From the NCBI GenBank assembly GCA_963674695.2, contig CAXXGI010000002.1, forward strand, positions 192,001-256,000: a stretch of 64,000 nt of DNA, given 5' to 3'. The translations under genes were made by a program, and so were the position numbers. This document shows, in pieces, positions 30,367-40,044 of this stretch. How positions within the stretch are numbered: the stretch's first letter is position 1; the number at the start of each line of letters is the position of its first letter. Origin of the DNA: a bacterium. GTDB lineage: Bacteria; UBA10199; 2-02-FULL-44-16; JAAZCA01. Under the pieces are notes generated by a model, which was given only the letters and a program-made list of their open reading frames with translations, ran no database searches and was not told where the DNA came from.

Positions 30367-32430
30367 TCAGATTCCCATGCATTTGTCGTAGTCATCCCAC
30401 GATTCGCCCAGTTTTGGTTTTTTACAGACCTTCTTCTCCGGCTTTGGTTCGCTCTTCTGGCTCACATGCGTATCCTTCGGTTTGGTGCCCTTGTTACTTG
30501 GCGATTTGATTGTCGGTGTTGTCGTCGTCTTTATTTTCGACACACAGGCATAGCCCTTTCGCTTGTCGTCCGCGGTGAATGGGGGGGCGACATTATTCCG
30601 ATCCACATAAAATTTTGCCTTTTTTCCACCGATCGTAATCGTCGAGCAATCGATGCACTCCGCTTGACCCTTCTCCGTCTGGGGAGGGGAAAAGCCCCAG
30701 CCCATCTTGGCGCAGCTTTCAAGCGTGCCTACGCAGGCGCTCCCATCGGCATTGCGAGCCGATCCCTCTGTCCCCGGGTGGGCGCCACACACGATGCACG
30801 CTCCATCCACAAAGGCTTCGTTGTCTTTACAGCCATTGGCGCTCGTTGCCTTCCCCGTATTTTTGAACGAGGCAAGCCGCTCCTGCATGAGTGAGACCAT
30901 TTCGCGCACAACCAGCAGGATGTTCTTCTGCTCGACCGTCAGCGGTCCAGGTACTGTTCCGTCGGAGGTGACATGTTGGTCCACGAGCGCGCGCGCCGCC
31001 TTCAGGTGTTCTTCGACGATTTCGTATGACGTCTTCGTCGCTCCACTGTCCTTCTTTGCCAACTCCCCTGCGCGCGATGTCGCCGCCGTGTCGAGCATGT
31101 CGCCGATGGCCTTGAGCGGTGCATCGCATGGCTTCTTATATGCGTCGATCGCCTTGAGCAGGTCTTCCTGCAGTGCCTTGCTCTTGGCGCCGAGCTTGTC
31201 GAAGACATTTTTCTGCTGTTCTTCATTCATCTCCTTGAGAAACGATTGGAGATAGGAACTCGTGGCCGTGAGCTCATTCGATCGATCGATGAGTGCCTTC
31301 GGCAGGACCTCCGTGGTTTTCATCGCCGCGATCGCTGTTTGCAGCTTTTCGACTTCCGCCTTGAGTTTATCCTTCTCGCCGATTCCCACACCGCGCACAT
31401 CGGCGCTTATGAGCAGGCGCTCGAACGTGGACAGGGAGCTCAGTGTTTCCGCCCGCATCTTTCTGAACTGCTCTTCGAACGCTGCGATCTGTTGCGGGGC
31501 GGCGGCAGCCAGTTCCTGCAGCTGGGGATTGTTCTGAAGCTGTGCCTGTCCGAGCATCATCTCCAGTGTTGAGATCTGCACGGCGATATTGGTCAGTCCG
31601 TCGACATACCGTGAGATCTGTTTCTGTCTCTCCTGCACGCGCATGAACGAATAGAGATGCGTTTTGTTGGCCTGGTTCACATGCCAGGCCGCTTCCCAGA
31701 CATCGGCGAATTCGCGTTCCTTCGCGGGAAAGACCGACCGTGCGGCCTTCATTTCATCGGTCGTGAGATCTTTGGGCGCGATGCCCTCCACGGCATAGAT
31801 CGCGCTGTCCCACCAGTTCGCCAGCGGCGCCTTGAACGTCGTCTTGAAATAATCTCTCATCGCCTTGAGGACCGGGATCGCCGGGTTGTCGATCTCGATC
31901 GTGTCGGCGATGTAGGCGCCAGTGCTATCGACGACATATTTGTCGTTCATCTCTTTGAACGTCGTGACGCTGATCTTCTCCGCGCCCCCACGGGCGTGTT
32001 GCATGAAGTTCTGCATCGTGCCGAGCGAGGGCGCGGTATCCACAAACCAATTGTGGGCATTCGCCGCGATGAGCCCCTCGACGATGAGCTTCTGTTCGGC
32101 GCCGTCGTCGGAGCCATCGTTGCCGTCATACCACTTGCCCATCGCAAAGCGATCGCCGCTGGTGAAGAGCGTCTCCTCGTGACAGATGTCATGCATGTCC
32201 ACGCGCGTCGGATGCTGTGGATCGAGACTGGCCAGACAGTCCCATTCGTCGACGTCGGCAATGCTTTGATCGGCATCTTCAAATGTCTTCTTAATCCAGA
32301 CCTCTTTGATCACATCGAATGCACCGGCGGTGAGACCGGGAACGCTGTAGTCAGCGCCCAGCATCGGTTCATCATTGACGATGAATGTGCCGTCACGAAC
32401 CTCATTGGACATGCAGCTGATGCTGCCCAT
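30367..32430 (-). CDS. Orphan coiled-coil protein with Cys/Lys-rich C-terminus
   Basis: AAGGAG RBS; starts MGSI; long heptad region; about ten Cys in the C-terminal part. Confidence 0.7.
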   Translation of the reverse strand: MGSISCMSNEVRDGTFIVNDEPMLGADYSVPGLTAGAFDVIKEVWIKKTFEDADQSIADVDEWDCLASLDPQHPTRVDMHDICHEETLFTSGDRFAMGKWYDGNDGSDDGAEQKLIVEGLIAANAHNWFVDTAPSLGTMQNFMQHARGGAEKISVTTFKEMNDKYVVDSTGAYIADTIEIDNPAIPVLKAMRDYFKTTFKAPLANWWDSAIYAVEGIAPKDLTTDEMKAARSVFPAKEREFADVWEAAWHVNQANKTHLYSFMRVQERQKQISRYVDGLTNIAVQISTLEMMLGQAQLQNNPQLQELAAAAPQQIAAFEEQFRKMRAETLSSLSTFERLLISADVRGVGIGEKDKLKAEVEKLQTAIAAMKTTEVLPKALIDRSNELTATSSYLQSFLKEMNEEQQKNVFDKLGAKSKALQEDLLKAIDAYKKPCDAPLKAIGDMLDTAATSRAGELAKKDSGATKTSYEIVEEHLKAARALVDQHVTSDGTVPGPLTVEQKNILLVVREMVSLMQERLASFKNTGKATSANGCKDNEAFVDGACIVCGAHPGTEGSARNADGSACVGTLESCAKMGWGFSPPQTEKGQAECIDCSTITIGGKKAKFYVDRNNVAPPFTADDKRKGYACVSKIKTTTTPTIKSPSNKGTKPKDTHVSQKSEPKPEKKVCKKPKLGESWDDYDKCMGI

Positions 32431-32517
32431 CACTACTCCTTTGCCGGTCTCGCCCCTCTATGCGGGGGTTTTTGACCAGAGGTCGAAAAACGGAAAACAA
32501 GAGTATTCCCGTAGGAG

Positions 32518-32544
32518 TTATCGTCTTCCCCCCTGATTTGTTGC
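32518..32544 (-). promoter_or_regulatory. Sigma28-like promoter
   Basis: GCAA-N15-GACGATAA upstream of 32430. Confidence 0.5.
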
Positions 32545-32860
32545 GTGCTTTTTTTCTTTTTATAACTAAGTGATATCATTGTGTTCTTTCTAAATTGCCG
32601 GGGGATGTGGAGAAGACCCCTTCTCCCGTGAAACGGGAAAAGAGCTTGAATCGAGCGGTAGGGGGGGCGTATACTTCCCCCTATCGTGATTACTTTCCTC
32701 ATTTCGCAGCTTCCTCGTCTCACCCCCCGCGATCGCAAGGGGCTCTGGTTCATCATCGACTTCTGAGTTTTCTCCTCATCCATTTTGATGCGGGCGTGCG
32801 TCTTGTGCGCGCCTGAAAACCTGCACGTGCAATGCGCGCGTGTATGCAGAGGAGAAAACG

Positions 32861-33304
32861 ATGACCGATCACATACGAATGAATGTCATTTCCGCCAACG
32901 AAACGATGCCGCCGGAAGAAGCGACGCTTCCCGGTGAAGAGGTCTTTCGCGATCACGGCGATGTGTATGGGCCGGATGGAGAGACCGACGGTGGCGTCGA
33001 TCGCGGCGGTTCGCGGCGCGGTTCCGAATATGACGATTCCTCTGACGGCGGATGCACCTGGGAGGATGGCGGTGAATTTTTGGGCGCGCTCCCGCGCACG
33101 GATCTGAGTGCGCGTCGGTTTGCCGCAACCTTTCCGGGATCGAGTCGATGCGGTCCGCAGGATTATCCCCTTCCCGAGCCGAATCCGAATGCCCCGGCAC
33201 CCTCGGGCAATCAGGACGGATACGGCGTTCCCAGCAATGATCCGACATCACCCTGGCGGCGCGGTTCGATGAATGATGCCAAGCCTCCGAAGACGCTCGT
33301 CTAA
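32861..33304 (+). CDS. Hypothetical low-complexity (G/D/P-rich) protein
   Basis: GAGGAG RBS; 147 aa. Confidence 0.5.
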   Translation: MTDHIRMNVISANETMPPEEATLPGEEVFRDHGDVYGPDGETDGGVDRGGSRRGSEYDDSSDGGCTWEDGGEFLGALPRTDLSARRFAATFPGSSRCGPQDYPLPEPNPNAPAPSGNQDGYGVPSNDPTSPWRRGSMNDAKPPKTLV

Positions 33305-33399
33305 CGCGCATACGGTCGATGGAGAGTCTTACTCACCGGACCGCAATGCGCTGCGCTGTTGGCAACGTGGGCGGTCCTCGCAGGAGAAAGGACCGAACC

Positions 33400-34881
33400 A
33401 TGACGATGACCACCGAAGGAAGCAATGGAGCACAAGGATTGGCCGCATGGGATGAGGGCTTTCCGCGCCTGCCCGATGACGGCGTGCCGCATCCGAACGA
33501 GGGGGAGTGGGCGCCAGCTCCTGAGACAAAACGGAAAGATTCGGAGCGAGGACGCGAAGCCGATCGGAATGCAGACTGGTACGAGACCAACGGTTCCGGC
33601 TGGGATGCCACGGGTGGGCGCGACGGCGACTTCGGCTTTCGCAAGCTCGTCGCGCGCGCGACGACCGGTTCCGCACAACGCTTCAGAAACCGGCGGAGTC
33701 AGAAGCCGGGATCATTGCCATCGATGAGCATTCCGTATCGTTTTCGCGGAAGTCGCTTCAACCTCGACGTGATCGATCGCGGCGGCATGCCGCGGCGCTT
33801 CTTCTTCGGCTCGGTCGACGAACTCGATCGGGATCGAAAGAAGGCGATCGCCATGGTCGCTCCGGCGGTGCCGCAGGTGTTGGTGAGGGGGACGAACGGT
33901 CAGGAGTGGTCCGGCAGCTCCACGATTCTCAATCCGGATGATGTGGCGCGGTATCTGCCGCACCTGAAACTCAAGCCGGGGCAGTACGTCGTGCACACCA
34001 ACCACCACGTCGCCAGCGGTGCCAAGCGCATCATCCTGGCGACCGCTGACGGCCAGCAGGAGTTGGAGGCGAAGGTCGTACGCGCGCCCAACGGTGCATC
34101 GCTGCTCGACGAACGCGATGATACCGCCCTCCTGATCGTCACGAGTCCCACGCCGCTTCCGACCGCGCGCATCGGCGAGGCCGATACCCTCGAGATGGGC
34201 GACACGGTCTTCACCGCTGGTTACCCGCTGGGTCTGCCGCGCATCGCGGTCACCACAGGGATCGTTTCACAGCCCGCGCAGCTCACCGGCGGTGGTCGAC
34301 CCGACATCCAGTCGGACGCAGCGATCAACCCGGGCAACTCGGGCGGGCCGCTCTTCACGCGCGACGGCATCGTCGTGGGGACGAATACCTATACCTTTCA
34401 GGGTGCCAACGACATGAGCTTTGTTATCCCGATCACGCATCAGCTCGCCACACTCGCTGAGATCTGGGAGAGGGGATATGTCGAGCGCGGATCGCTGGGC
34501 ATCGCCTTTGCTCCCTTCGGTCGCTTCGATCGAAAGGCGCCGGGATTGCCGACGAACGTCACGGGCGCAACGATCGATGCGGTCGATGCGAAATCGATGG
34601 CCGCGAAGGCGGGGCTCAAGCGCGGTGATCTGGTCAGTGCCATTCGGGTGCTCGACAACGGTATCGTCGTTCGTCGCATCGCGCTCAATTATGCCAGCCC
34701 GCATCACGGCACGCGGGTTGCGGCCGCCATCGCATCGCTCAAACCGGGGCAGCAGGTGGAGCTGATCTGCTATCGGCGCAAGATGGATTTGGGGTCGGTT
34801 TCCTATGAAGCCGATCAGGTACGCATGAATGTCGTGCAGGATCAGCCCCCGAAAGAGGATCGTGCGCGCGCGGTTGCATAA
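33400..34881 (+). CDS. HtrA/DegP-like trypsin protease with PDZ domain, no signal peptide
   Basis: TNHHV, DTAL and IQSDAAINPGNSGGPL motifs; C-terminal PDZ (AKAGLKRGD). Confidence 0.88.
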   Translation: MTMTTEGSNGAQGLAAWDEGFPRLPDDGVPHPNEGEWAPAPETKRKDSERGREADRNADWYETNGSGWDATGGRDGDFGFRKLVARATTGSAQRFRNRRSQKPGSLPSMSIPYRFRGSRFNLDVIDRGGMPRRFFFGSVDELDRDRKKAIAMVAPAVPQVLVRGTNGQEWSGSSTILNPDDVARYLPHLKLKPGQYVVHTNHHVASGAKRIILATADGQQELEAKVVRAPNGASLLDERDDTALLIVTSPTPLPTARIGEADTLEMGDTVFTAGYPLGLPRIAVTTGIVSQPAQLTGGGRPDIQSDAAINPGNSGGPLFTRDGIVVGTNTYTFQGANDMSFVIPITHQLATLAEIWERGYVERGSLGIAFAPFGRFDRKAPGLPTNVTGATIDAVDAKSMAAKAGLKRGDLVSAIRVLDNGIVVRRIALNYASPHHGTRVAAAIASLKPGQQVELICYRRKMDLGSVSYEADQVRMNVVQDQPPKEDRARAVA

Positions 34882-34889
34882 GCGCGATA

Positions 34890-35279
34890 TCAGAGATCTC
34901 TCTTGCGAAAGGCCAGCGGGAGCAGTTCGTCGAGGCGCGCGACCTGTATTTTCCCGCGCGTGTTGGCCATGATGACTTCGAGCTTCACGCTGAATTCGGC
35001 CAGCGCCTGACGACAGATACCGCACGGCGGACAGGGCTCTTTGGTGGCCGCCACAATCGCGATGCGCCGAAAGGAGCGATGCCCCTCCGAGACGGCCTTG
35101 TAGAGCGCAGTGCGCTCCGCACAGCAGGTGGCGCCATAGCTCGCATTTTCAACGTTGCACCCGGTGAAGACCGTACCGTCGCGGGTTTCGAGTGCCGCCC
35201 CCACCTTGAACTTCGAATAGGGCGCATACGCGCCCTTTCTCGCCGCCGCCGCTTTTGTGATCAGACGTTTGGTATCCAT
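34890..35279 (-). CDS. cdd: Cytidine deaminase (homotetrameric type)
   Basis: AYAPYSKFKVGAAL, NVENASYG.TCCAER, PCPPCGICRQ. Confidence 0.97.
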   Translation of the reverse strand: MDTKRLITKAAAARKGAYAPYSKFKVGAALETRDGTVFTGCNVENASYGATCCAERTALYKAVSEGHRSFRRIAIVAATKEPCPPCGICRQALAEFSVKLEVIMANTRGKIQVARLDELLPLAFRKRDL

Positions 35280-35404
35280 AGCCCGAATCCTAGCACAATT
35301 GACAGCGAACGACATCCCCGATTGCCGCCATTATAATGATAGCCGTCACTCTGCCCTCCCTCATCTTCAAGAAGTCGGTTTTGTACAAACGATGGGAACA
35401 CTTT

Positions 35405-35647
35405 CCGCCTCGCCCGATGGGCAAGCCTCGCATGTGCGCCTCGCGGAACGAGCCGTTTTGGCCTGCGAAGAGCTGTCGGTTGAGATCGAAGATCTCAATT
35501 CCGAATGATGTCTGAGCCCGCCATAATCTAATGTGCCTTTCATCCTGCGGCGGGCGAGTTCACGAGGAAAGACGGATCGAGTCAGACGCCAAAACGTGCG
35601 AGTGGAGCGGAAGCGCACATGCGAGGCTTGCCCATCGGACGAGGCGG
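35405..35647. other. Long fold-back element (35-bp terminal inverted repeat)
   Basis: 35405-35439 versus 35613-35647 with one mismatch; internal hairpins. Confidence 0.7.
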
Positions 35648-35762
35648 CACTTGGCCTGCTCGTCGGTGGAATGGTATTGGCTCCCCCGGATGACCCGGAT
35701 TAATTGTTGTCTGGAATCGAGCGATGCGATAGGAGTTTTAGACCCACTTCAAGGAGGTTTGT

Positions 35763-37298
35763 ATGTCCGACGCCCCGCAGCCGCAAACCATCAAAGAGGC
35801 CATGGTCGAGATTGGCCAGACCTTCAAGGCAATCGTCTTCGCGCCCCGTGCCCTGTGGGGTCTCAATCTCGCCGATGTCGTTATCGTGGGGTTGACCTAC
35901 TTTGGAATGCTGACGGTCCTGGGCAAGTTCTGCTCCGAAAACGTCGGCCTCTCCGACCTCCACGCCGGATGGATCTACAGCTTCCTCACCGGGGGCTTCA
36001 CCTTTGCCATGCTGTTTTTGGGCGGTGTGTGCGATCGGATCGGCATCCGCAAAGCTCTTTTCATCTCCATGGTGTTCATCGCCGTCGGGTTCATCCTCCT
36101 GGGCCTGGCTGGGTCGATGGGGTTGGCCAGCGGGCTCTTCTCGCCGATGTTTTTCCTGATGCTCATCGCGGTCTTCATCATGGTCATCGGTAACGGCATG
36201 CTTCAGCCGACCATCTATGCGGGCGTTAAACAATTCACCAACGAGAAGACTGCGGCCGTCGGCTTCGCCATGATCTATGGCCTCATGAATCTCGGCGCGT
36301 TCCTGGCGGGCCTGCTCTCTCCCTTCGTGCGTCATCGCAGTGAAACGATTCTGCCGCCGAACGGCATCGCGGGCGTCTATTGGGTCTATGCCGCAATGTC
36401 GATTGTCACGCTCATCATCGTCACGATCCTGCTGACGAAGAAAACGGTCGAGAAGAGCACGCTCACGCAGATTGCCGAGACGAAGGAGGAGCGGGAGGCA
36501 AAGACTTCAATTCCGATTCTTCGGACGGTGGTCTTCGGGCTCGCGGCGCTGACCTGCCTCGTCCTTCGCTTTCATCTGGAGAGCAACTTCTGGTACCTTC
36601 CGATGGTGGTTTTTGTAGTGGCCGGCGTTTGGGATTTCCTGAGGAAGCGCCCCGATCATCCCTTCCGGGACAGCAAGTTCGTCTTCTTCATCTTTATGCT
36701 GATCCCCGTCCAGACGCTCTTCGCGCACCAGTGGCTCACGATCCCGTACTACATCGACCGCGCGTTTGCCGGGACGGCCATCGGCAACAACTTCGAGTTC
36801 TTCGCGAACATCAACCCGATCCTGATCTTCTTCCTCTGTCCGATCGTCGCGGTCCTGACCAGTCGCGCCAACATCTATAAGATGATGATCATCGGGACGT
36901 GCGTCATGGCACTGCCGACTTTTTTCCTCGCGGTGGCGCCCACACCCGCACTCCTGATGGCCTACATCGTATTGATGACGATTGGCGAGGCGATGTGGCA
37001 GCCACGCTTCTTACAGTTTGTGGCAGAGATCGCGCCAAAGGGAAAAACCGGTGTTTACATGGGCATCGGCCAGTTCCCGTGGTTTCTGACCAAGGTCATC
37101 ACCGGCCTCTACTCTGGCTGGTTTCTCGCACGGTATTGCCCGAAGCCGGAACTCGGCCTCCCTATGGATACCCAGACGATGTGGTTCATCTATGGCTGCA
37201 TCGCGCTCATCTCACCGCTGGCGCTGCTCCTGGCCAAGGGCTGGGTGGGAAAGTCGATGCACGCGCGCTCGGAAGCGGCAAAGGCGTCAGCGACATAA
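35763..37298 (+). CDS. MFS transporter, POT/peptide-transporter-like
   Basis: Multiple TMs; GGVCDRIGIRKA, IGNGMLQPT, YGLMNLGAF, NINP and TIGEAMWQP motifs. Confidence 0.85.
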   Translation: MSDAPQPQTIKEAMVEIGQTFKAIVFAPRALWGLNLADVVIVGLTYFGMLTVLGKFCSENVGLSDLHAGWIYSFLTGGFTFAMLFLGGVCDRIGIRKALFISMVFIAVGFILLGLAGSMGLASGLFSPMFFLMLIAVFIMVIGNGMLQPTIYAGVKQFTNEKTAAVGFAMIYGLMNLGAFLAGLLSPFVRHRSETILPPNGIAGVYWVYAAMSIVTLIIVTILLTKKTVEKSTLTQIAETKEEREAKTSIPILRTVVFGLAALTCLVLRFHLESNFWYLPMVVFVVAGVWDFLRKRPDHPFRDSKFVFFIFMLIPVQTLFAHQWLTIPYYIDRAFAGTAIGNNFEFFANINPILIFFLCPIVAVLTSRANIYKMMIIGTCVMALPTFFLAVAPTPALLMAYIVLMTIGEAMWQPRFLQFVAEIAPKGKTGVYMGIGQFPWFLTKVITGLYSGWFLARYCPKPELGLPMDTQTMWFIYGCIALISPLALLLAKGWVGKSMHARSEAAKASAT

Positions 37299-37307
37299 AG
37301 GAGCATC

Positions 37308-38684
37308 ATGGTACGACACGTCGTTCCCTATCGCATCAAAGTGGTCGAACCCATCCGGTTGCTCACGCGTGAAGACCGCGAACGCAAGATTCGCGCGGCT
37401 GGGCTCAACGTCTTTCGGCTCCGCAGCGACGACGTCTACATCGACCTGCTCACCGATTCCGGCACGGGTGCGATGAGCGCGGCGCAGTGGTCGCAGCTGA
37501 TGTTGGGCGATGAGTCCTATGCGGGTTCCTCATCGTTCTATCGTTTGGAGGATTCCATCCAGCGCGTCACGGGCCTGCCCTTCGTCATTCCGGTTCACCA
37601 GGGGCGTGCGGCCGAGCAGGTGCTCGACTATGTCCTGATGCCCGAACCCGGCATGGTGGTCCCCGGCAACACGCATTTCGACACGACCAAGGCGCACATC
37701 GAATTTCGCGGCGGTCGCGCGGTGGATTGCACCATCCCCGAGGGGTTCGATGCCGAGGCGGCACATCCCTTCAAGGGGAACGTGGATATGGATCGCCTGC
37801 GGGACGCCTACAAGGAATACGGCAATGCCGCGATCGCCTATGTGCTCATCACGGTGACCTGCAATTCCGGCGGGGGCCAGCCTGTGTCGATGGAAAATAT
37901 CCGCGAGGTCTCCACATTCTGTCGCGAGCACGATCTCAAGGTCTTCTTCGATGCCGCGCGTTTTGCTGAGAATGCCTATTTCATTCAGCAGCGCGAAAAG
38001 GGATATGCGGATACAAGCGTGCGCGACATCGTTCTCGAGATGTTTACGCATGTCGATGGATGTACGATGTCTGCCAAGAAGGATGGACTCGTTCCGATCG
38101 GCGGGTTTCTGGCGTTGCGAAGCGAAGCGCTCTATGAGGAGATGAAACCGACCGACATCCTCTTCGAGGGGTTCTATACCTATGGCGGCATGTCGGGCAT
38201 GAACATGGATGCGATGGCGCAGGGGCTTTTGGAGGTCGTCGATGAATCCTATCTGGCCCATCGCATCGGACAGACCGTCTCCCTCGGAGATAATCTGCGC
38301 CGTCTCGATGTGCCGATCGTCACTCCCGTCGGTGGGCATGCCGTCTTTATCGATGGCCGCCGCTTCTTCCCGAAGGTGCCGGAGGATCAGTTCCCCGCAC
38401 AATTGGTTACGGTCGAGCTCTATCGGGAGGGTGGTGTGCGCGCGGTCGAGATCGGCTCCTGCCTCGCCGGCCGCGATCCGGACTCGGGCGAAAACATTCG
38501 GCCCTCGCTCGATCTCTGCCGGCTCACCATTCCCCGGCGCGTCTACACGCAAGAACACTTCGACTACATCGCCGATGTCGTCGCCACCGTCTACGCCCAG
38601 CAGCAAGGGCGCACCACAGGGCTCGCCTTCGATGTCGAATCCAAGGGGATCCGCCACTTCACCTCGACGTTTCGGGAGTTGTAG
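37308..38684 (+). CDS. tnaA: Tryptophanase / tyrosine phenol-lyase (beta-eliminating lyase)
   Basis: IDLLTDSGTGAMS, HQGRAAE, SAKKDG (PLP Lys), RLTIPRRVYT, RHFT. Confidence 0.9.
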   Translation: MVRHVVPYRIKVVEPIRLLTREDRERKIRAAGLNVFRLRSDDVYIDLLTDSGTGAMSAAQWSQLMLGDESYAGSSSFYRLEDSIQRVTGLPFVIPVHQGRAAEQVLDYVLMPEPGMVVPGNTHFDTTKAHIEFRGGRAVDCTIPEGFDAEAAHPFKGNVDMDRLRDAYKEYGNAAIAYVLITVTCNSGGGQPVSMENIREVSTFCREHDLKVFFDAARFAENAYFIQQREKGYADTSVRDIVLEMFTHVDGCTMSAKKDGLVPIGGFLALRSEALYEEMKPTDILFEGFYTYGGMSGMNMDAMAQGLLEVVDESYLAHRIGQTVSLGDNLRRLDVPIVTPVGGHAVFIDGRRFFPKVPEDQFPAQLVTVELYREGGVRAVEIGSCLAGRDPDSGENIRPSLDLCRLTIPRRVYTQEHFDYIADVVATVYAQQQGRTTGLAFDVESKGIRHFTSTFREL

Positions 38685-38696
38685 GTTTTATTGTTT

Positions 38697-38770
38697 TGTC
38701 ATTCCCGCGGGGGAGGCGGGAATCTCGATTGTCACAGCACATCGAGATCCCCGCGTTCGCGGGGATGACA
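38697..38770. repeat. REP-like doublet
   Basis: tgtcattcccgcg...gcgggaatctc...gagatccccgcgttcgcggggatgaca. Confidence 0.85.
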
Positions 38771-38811
38771 AAAACAGGTGGTCGTCACCAACCAGAAACC
38801 ACAGTCTGCTC

Positions 38812-39927
38812 TTATGTTGTCGCGATGAGTTTGCGCTTCCATCCACGGTAGTTCTTCCACAGCGGTTTGGCGTTTGCCTTGAGGATATCCTTCGGCATGG
38901 GGCTGCGCGCGAGCGCGGTGATCAGGACGAGGAGATGGTCGTAGTCAGATGCACTCACGAATTCAGCGGCAGGACCGCGCGGCCCCTGGTTGTGATAGTT
39001 GCCCAGCGGTAGGGCGATGCCGCCGGTCGGAAACCCCTCGGCGGTGAGCGCGCAGGCTTCACAGCGACCGCCAGCGAGCAGAGCACGCTGGAACCGAAAG
39101 CCGTGAGCCGTGACCCGTGACCCGTGACCCGAATGAATCAAATGCTCGGCCACGGTCGCCATCCAGGCATCGACTGCCGGCGTGTAGGTTCCGGCGCGAT
39201 CGCCCGCGCGGATGACGGGGCCGCCGCCGATATCGACACGGCCAGCCTTCGCGGAGGAGCATTCCAGGACGATGACAGGCTGCTGGCGGGAGATCGTCTT
39301 TGCTTCGATGGCCGCATACGTTCCGATAAATCCCACCTCTTCGGCACGCGTAAAGATGGCGGTGACGTTGGCGCGCACGCGTTTGCGTTTGAGCCGCGTG
39401 AGTAGATCGAGCAGGGCCGCGACGTTCACCAGATCGTCGGCCGCTCGTGCGTGGATGCGATCTTTTGCAAGGCGCAGTCCCGGCAGGTCGAAGTGGCCAA
39501 AGGCACCGACCGGAACGGGCTCGCGCATAGTGATGGAAAAACAGGGACGGCCCATGTGCGTACGCGTGAGCGCACGCCGGCCGACCTGACCCTTGACGGG
39601 GCCAGCCTCACCCTGGATGACGATGCGCGCGCCGCCGACGATCTTTGCATCGACGCGACCGTAGAGGACGACCGTTGCGCGCTTTCCTTTGACCGCGATC
39701 ACCTCGAACCCCGGATGGTCCATGTGCGCGATAAAGGTTACGCCCTGTCCCTTTCGGGTGCGCCCGCCCGAATATTGGACGACGAGATTTCCGGCCTCAT
39801 CCTCTTCCACCGGCAGATCGAGGCCGGCCGCATACCACCGCACGACGGTCGCTACGGCGAACTCATGAAAGGTGGTGGTCGGCTGGTTGCAGACAGCGCT
39901 CAGGATCGCCTTGCTTGCAGTATCCAT
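38812..39927 (-). CDS. M42/M28-family metallopeptidase
   Basis: AHMDHPG, AADDL, RAEEVG, LECS and C-terminal YHN motifs. Confidence 0.8.
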   Translation of the reverse strand: MDTASKAILSAVCNQPTTTFHEFAVATVVRWYAAGLDLPVEEDEAGNLVVQYSGGRTRKGQGVTFIAHMDHPGFEVIAVKGKRATVVLYGRVDAKIVGGARIVIQGEAGPVKGQVGRRALTRTHMGRPCFSITMREPVPVGAFGHFDLPGLRLAKDRIHARAADDLVNVAALLDLLTRLKRKRVRANVTAIFTRAEEVGFIGTYAAIEAKTISRQQPVIVLECSSAKAGRVDIGGGPVIRAGDRAGTYTPAVDAWMATVAEHLIHSGHGSRVTAHGFRFQRALLAGGRCEACALTAEGFPTGGIALPLGNYHNQGPRGPAAEFVSASDYDHLLVLITALARSPMPKDILKANAKPLWKNYRGWKRKLIATT

Positions 39928-39969
39928 GGGCATTCCTCTGGTTATTCCGTCATCCCCGAAAAAAAGGTT

Positions 39970-40040
39970 TGTCATTCCCGCGAAAGCGGGAATCTCGGTT
40001 TTCATGGAACGTCGAGATTCCCGCCTTCGCGGGAATGACA
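39970..40040. repeat. REP-like doublet
   Basis: tgtcattcccgcgaaagcgggaatctc...gagattcccgccttcgcgggaatgaca. Confidence 0.88.
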
Positions 40041-40044
40041 CCGT

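Noticed and set aside
32600-32750. Hairpins in the divergent intergenic region (tcccg-tgaaa-cggga; g-rich/c-rich stem)
   Set aside because: Short stems, no second copy and no recognisable RNA family motif; insufficient evidence.
35553-35580. GAGGAAAG motif suggesting RNase P RNA
   Set aside because: Continues ACGG rather than TCC, and the conserved 3' AACAGAA...GGCTTA segment is absent.
35678-35700. tggctcccccgg, like a reverse-complemented tRNA 3' end
   Set aside because: No T-loop or cloverleaf nearby; too short to call.
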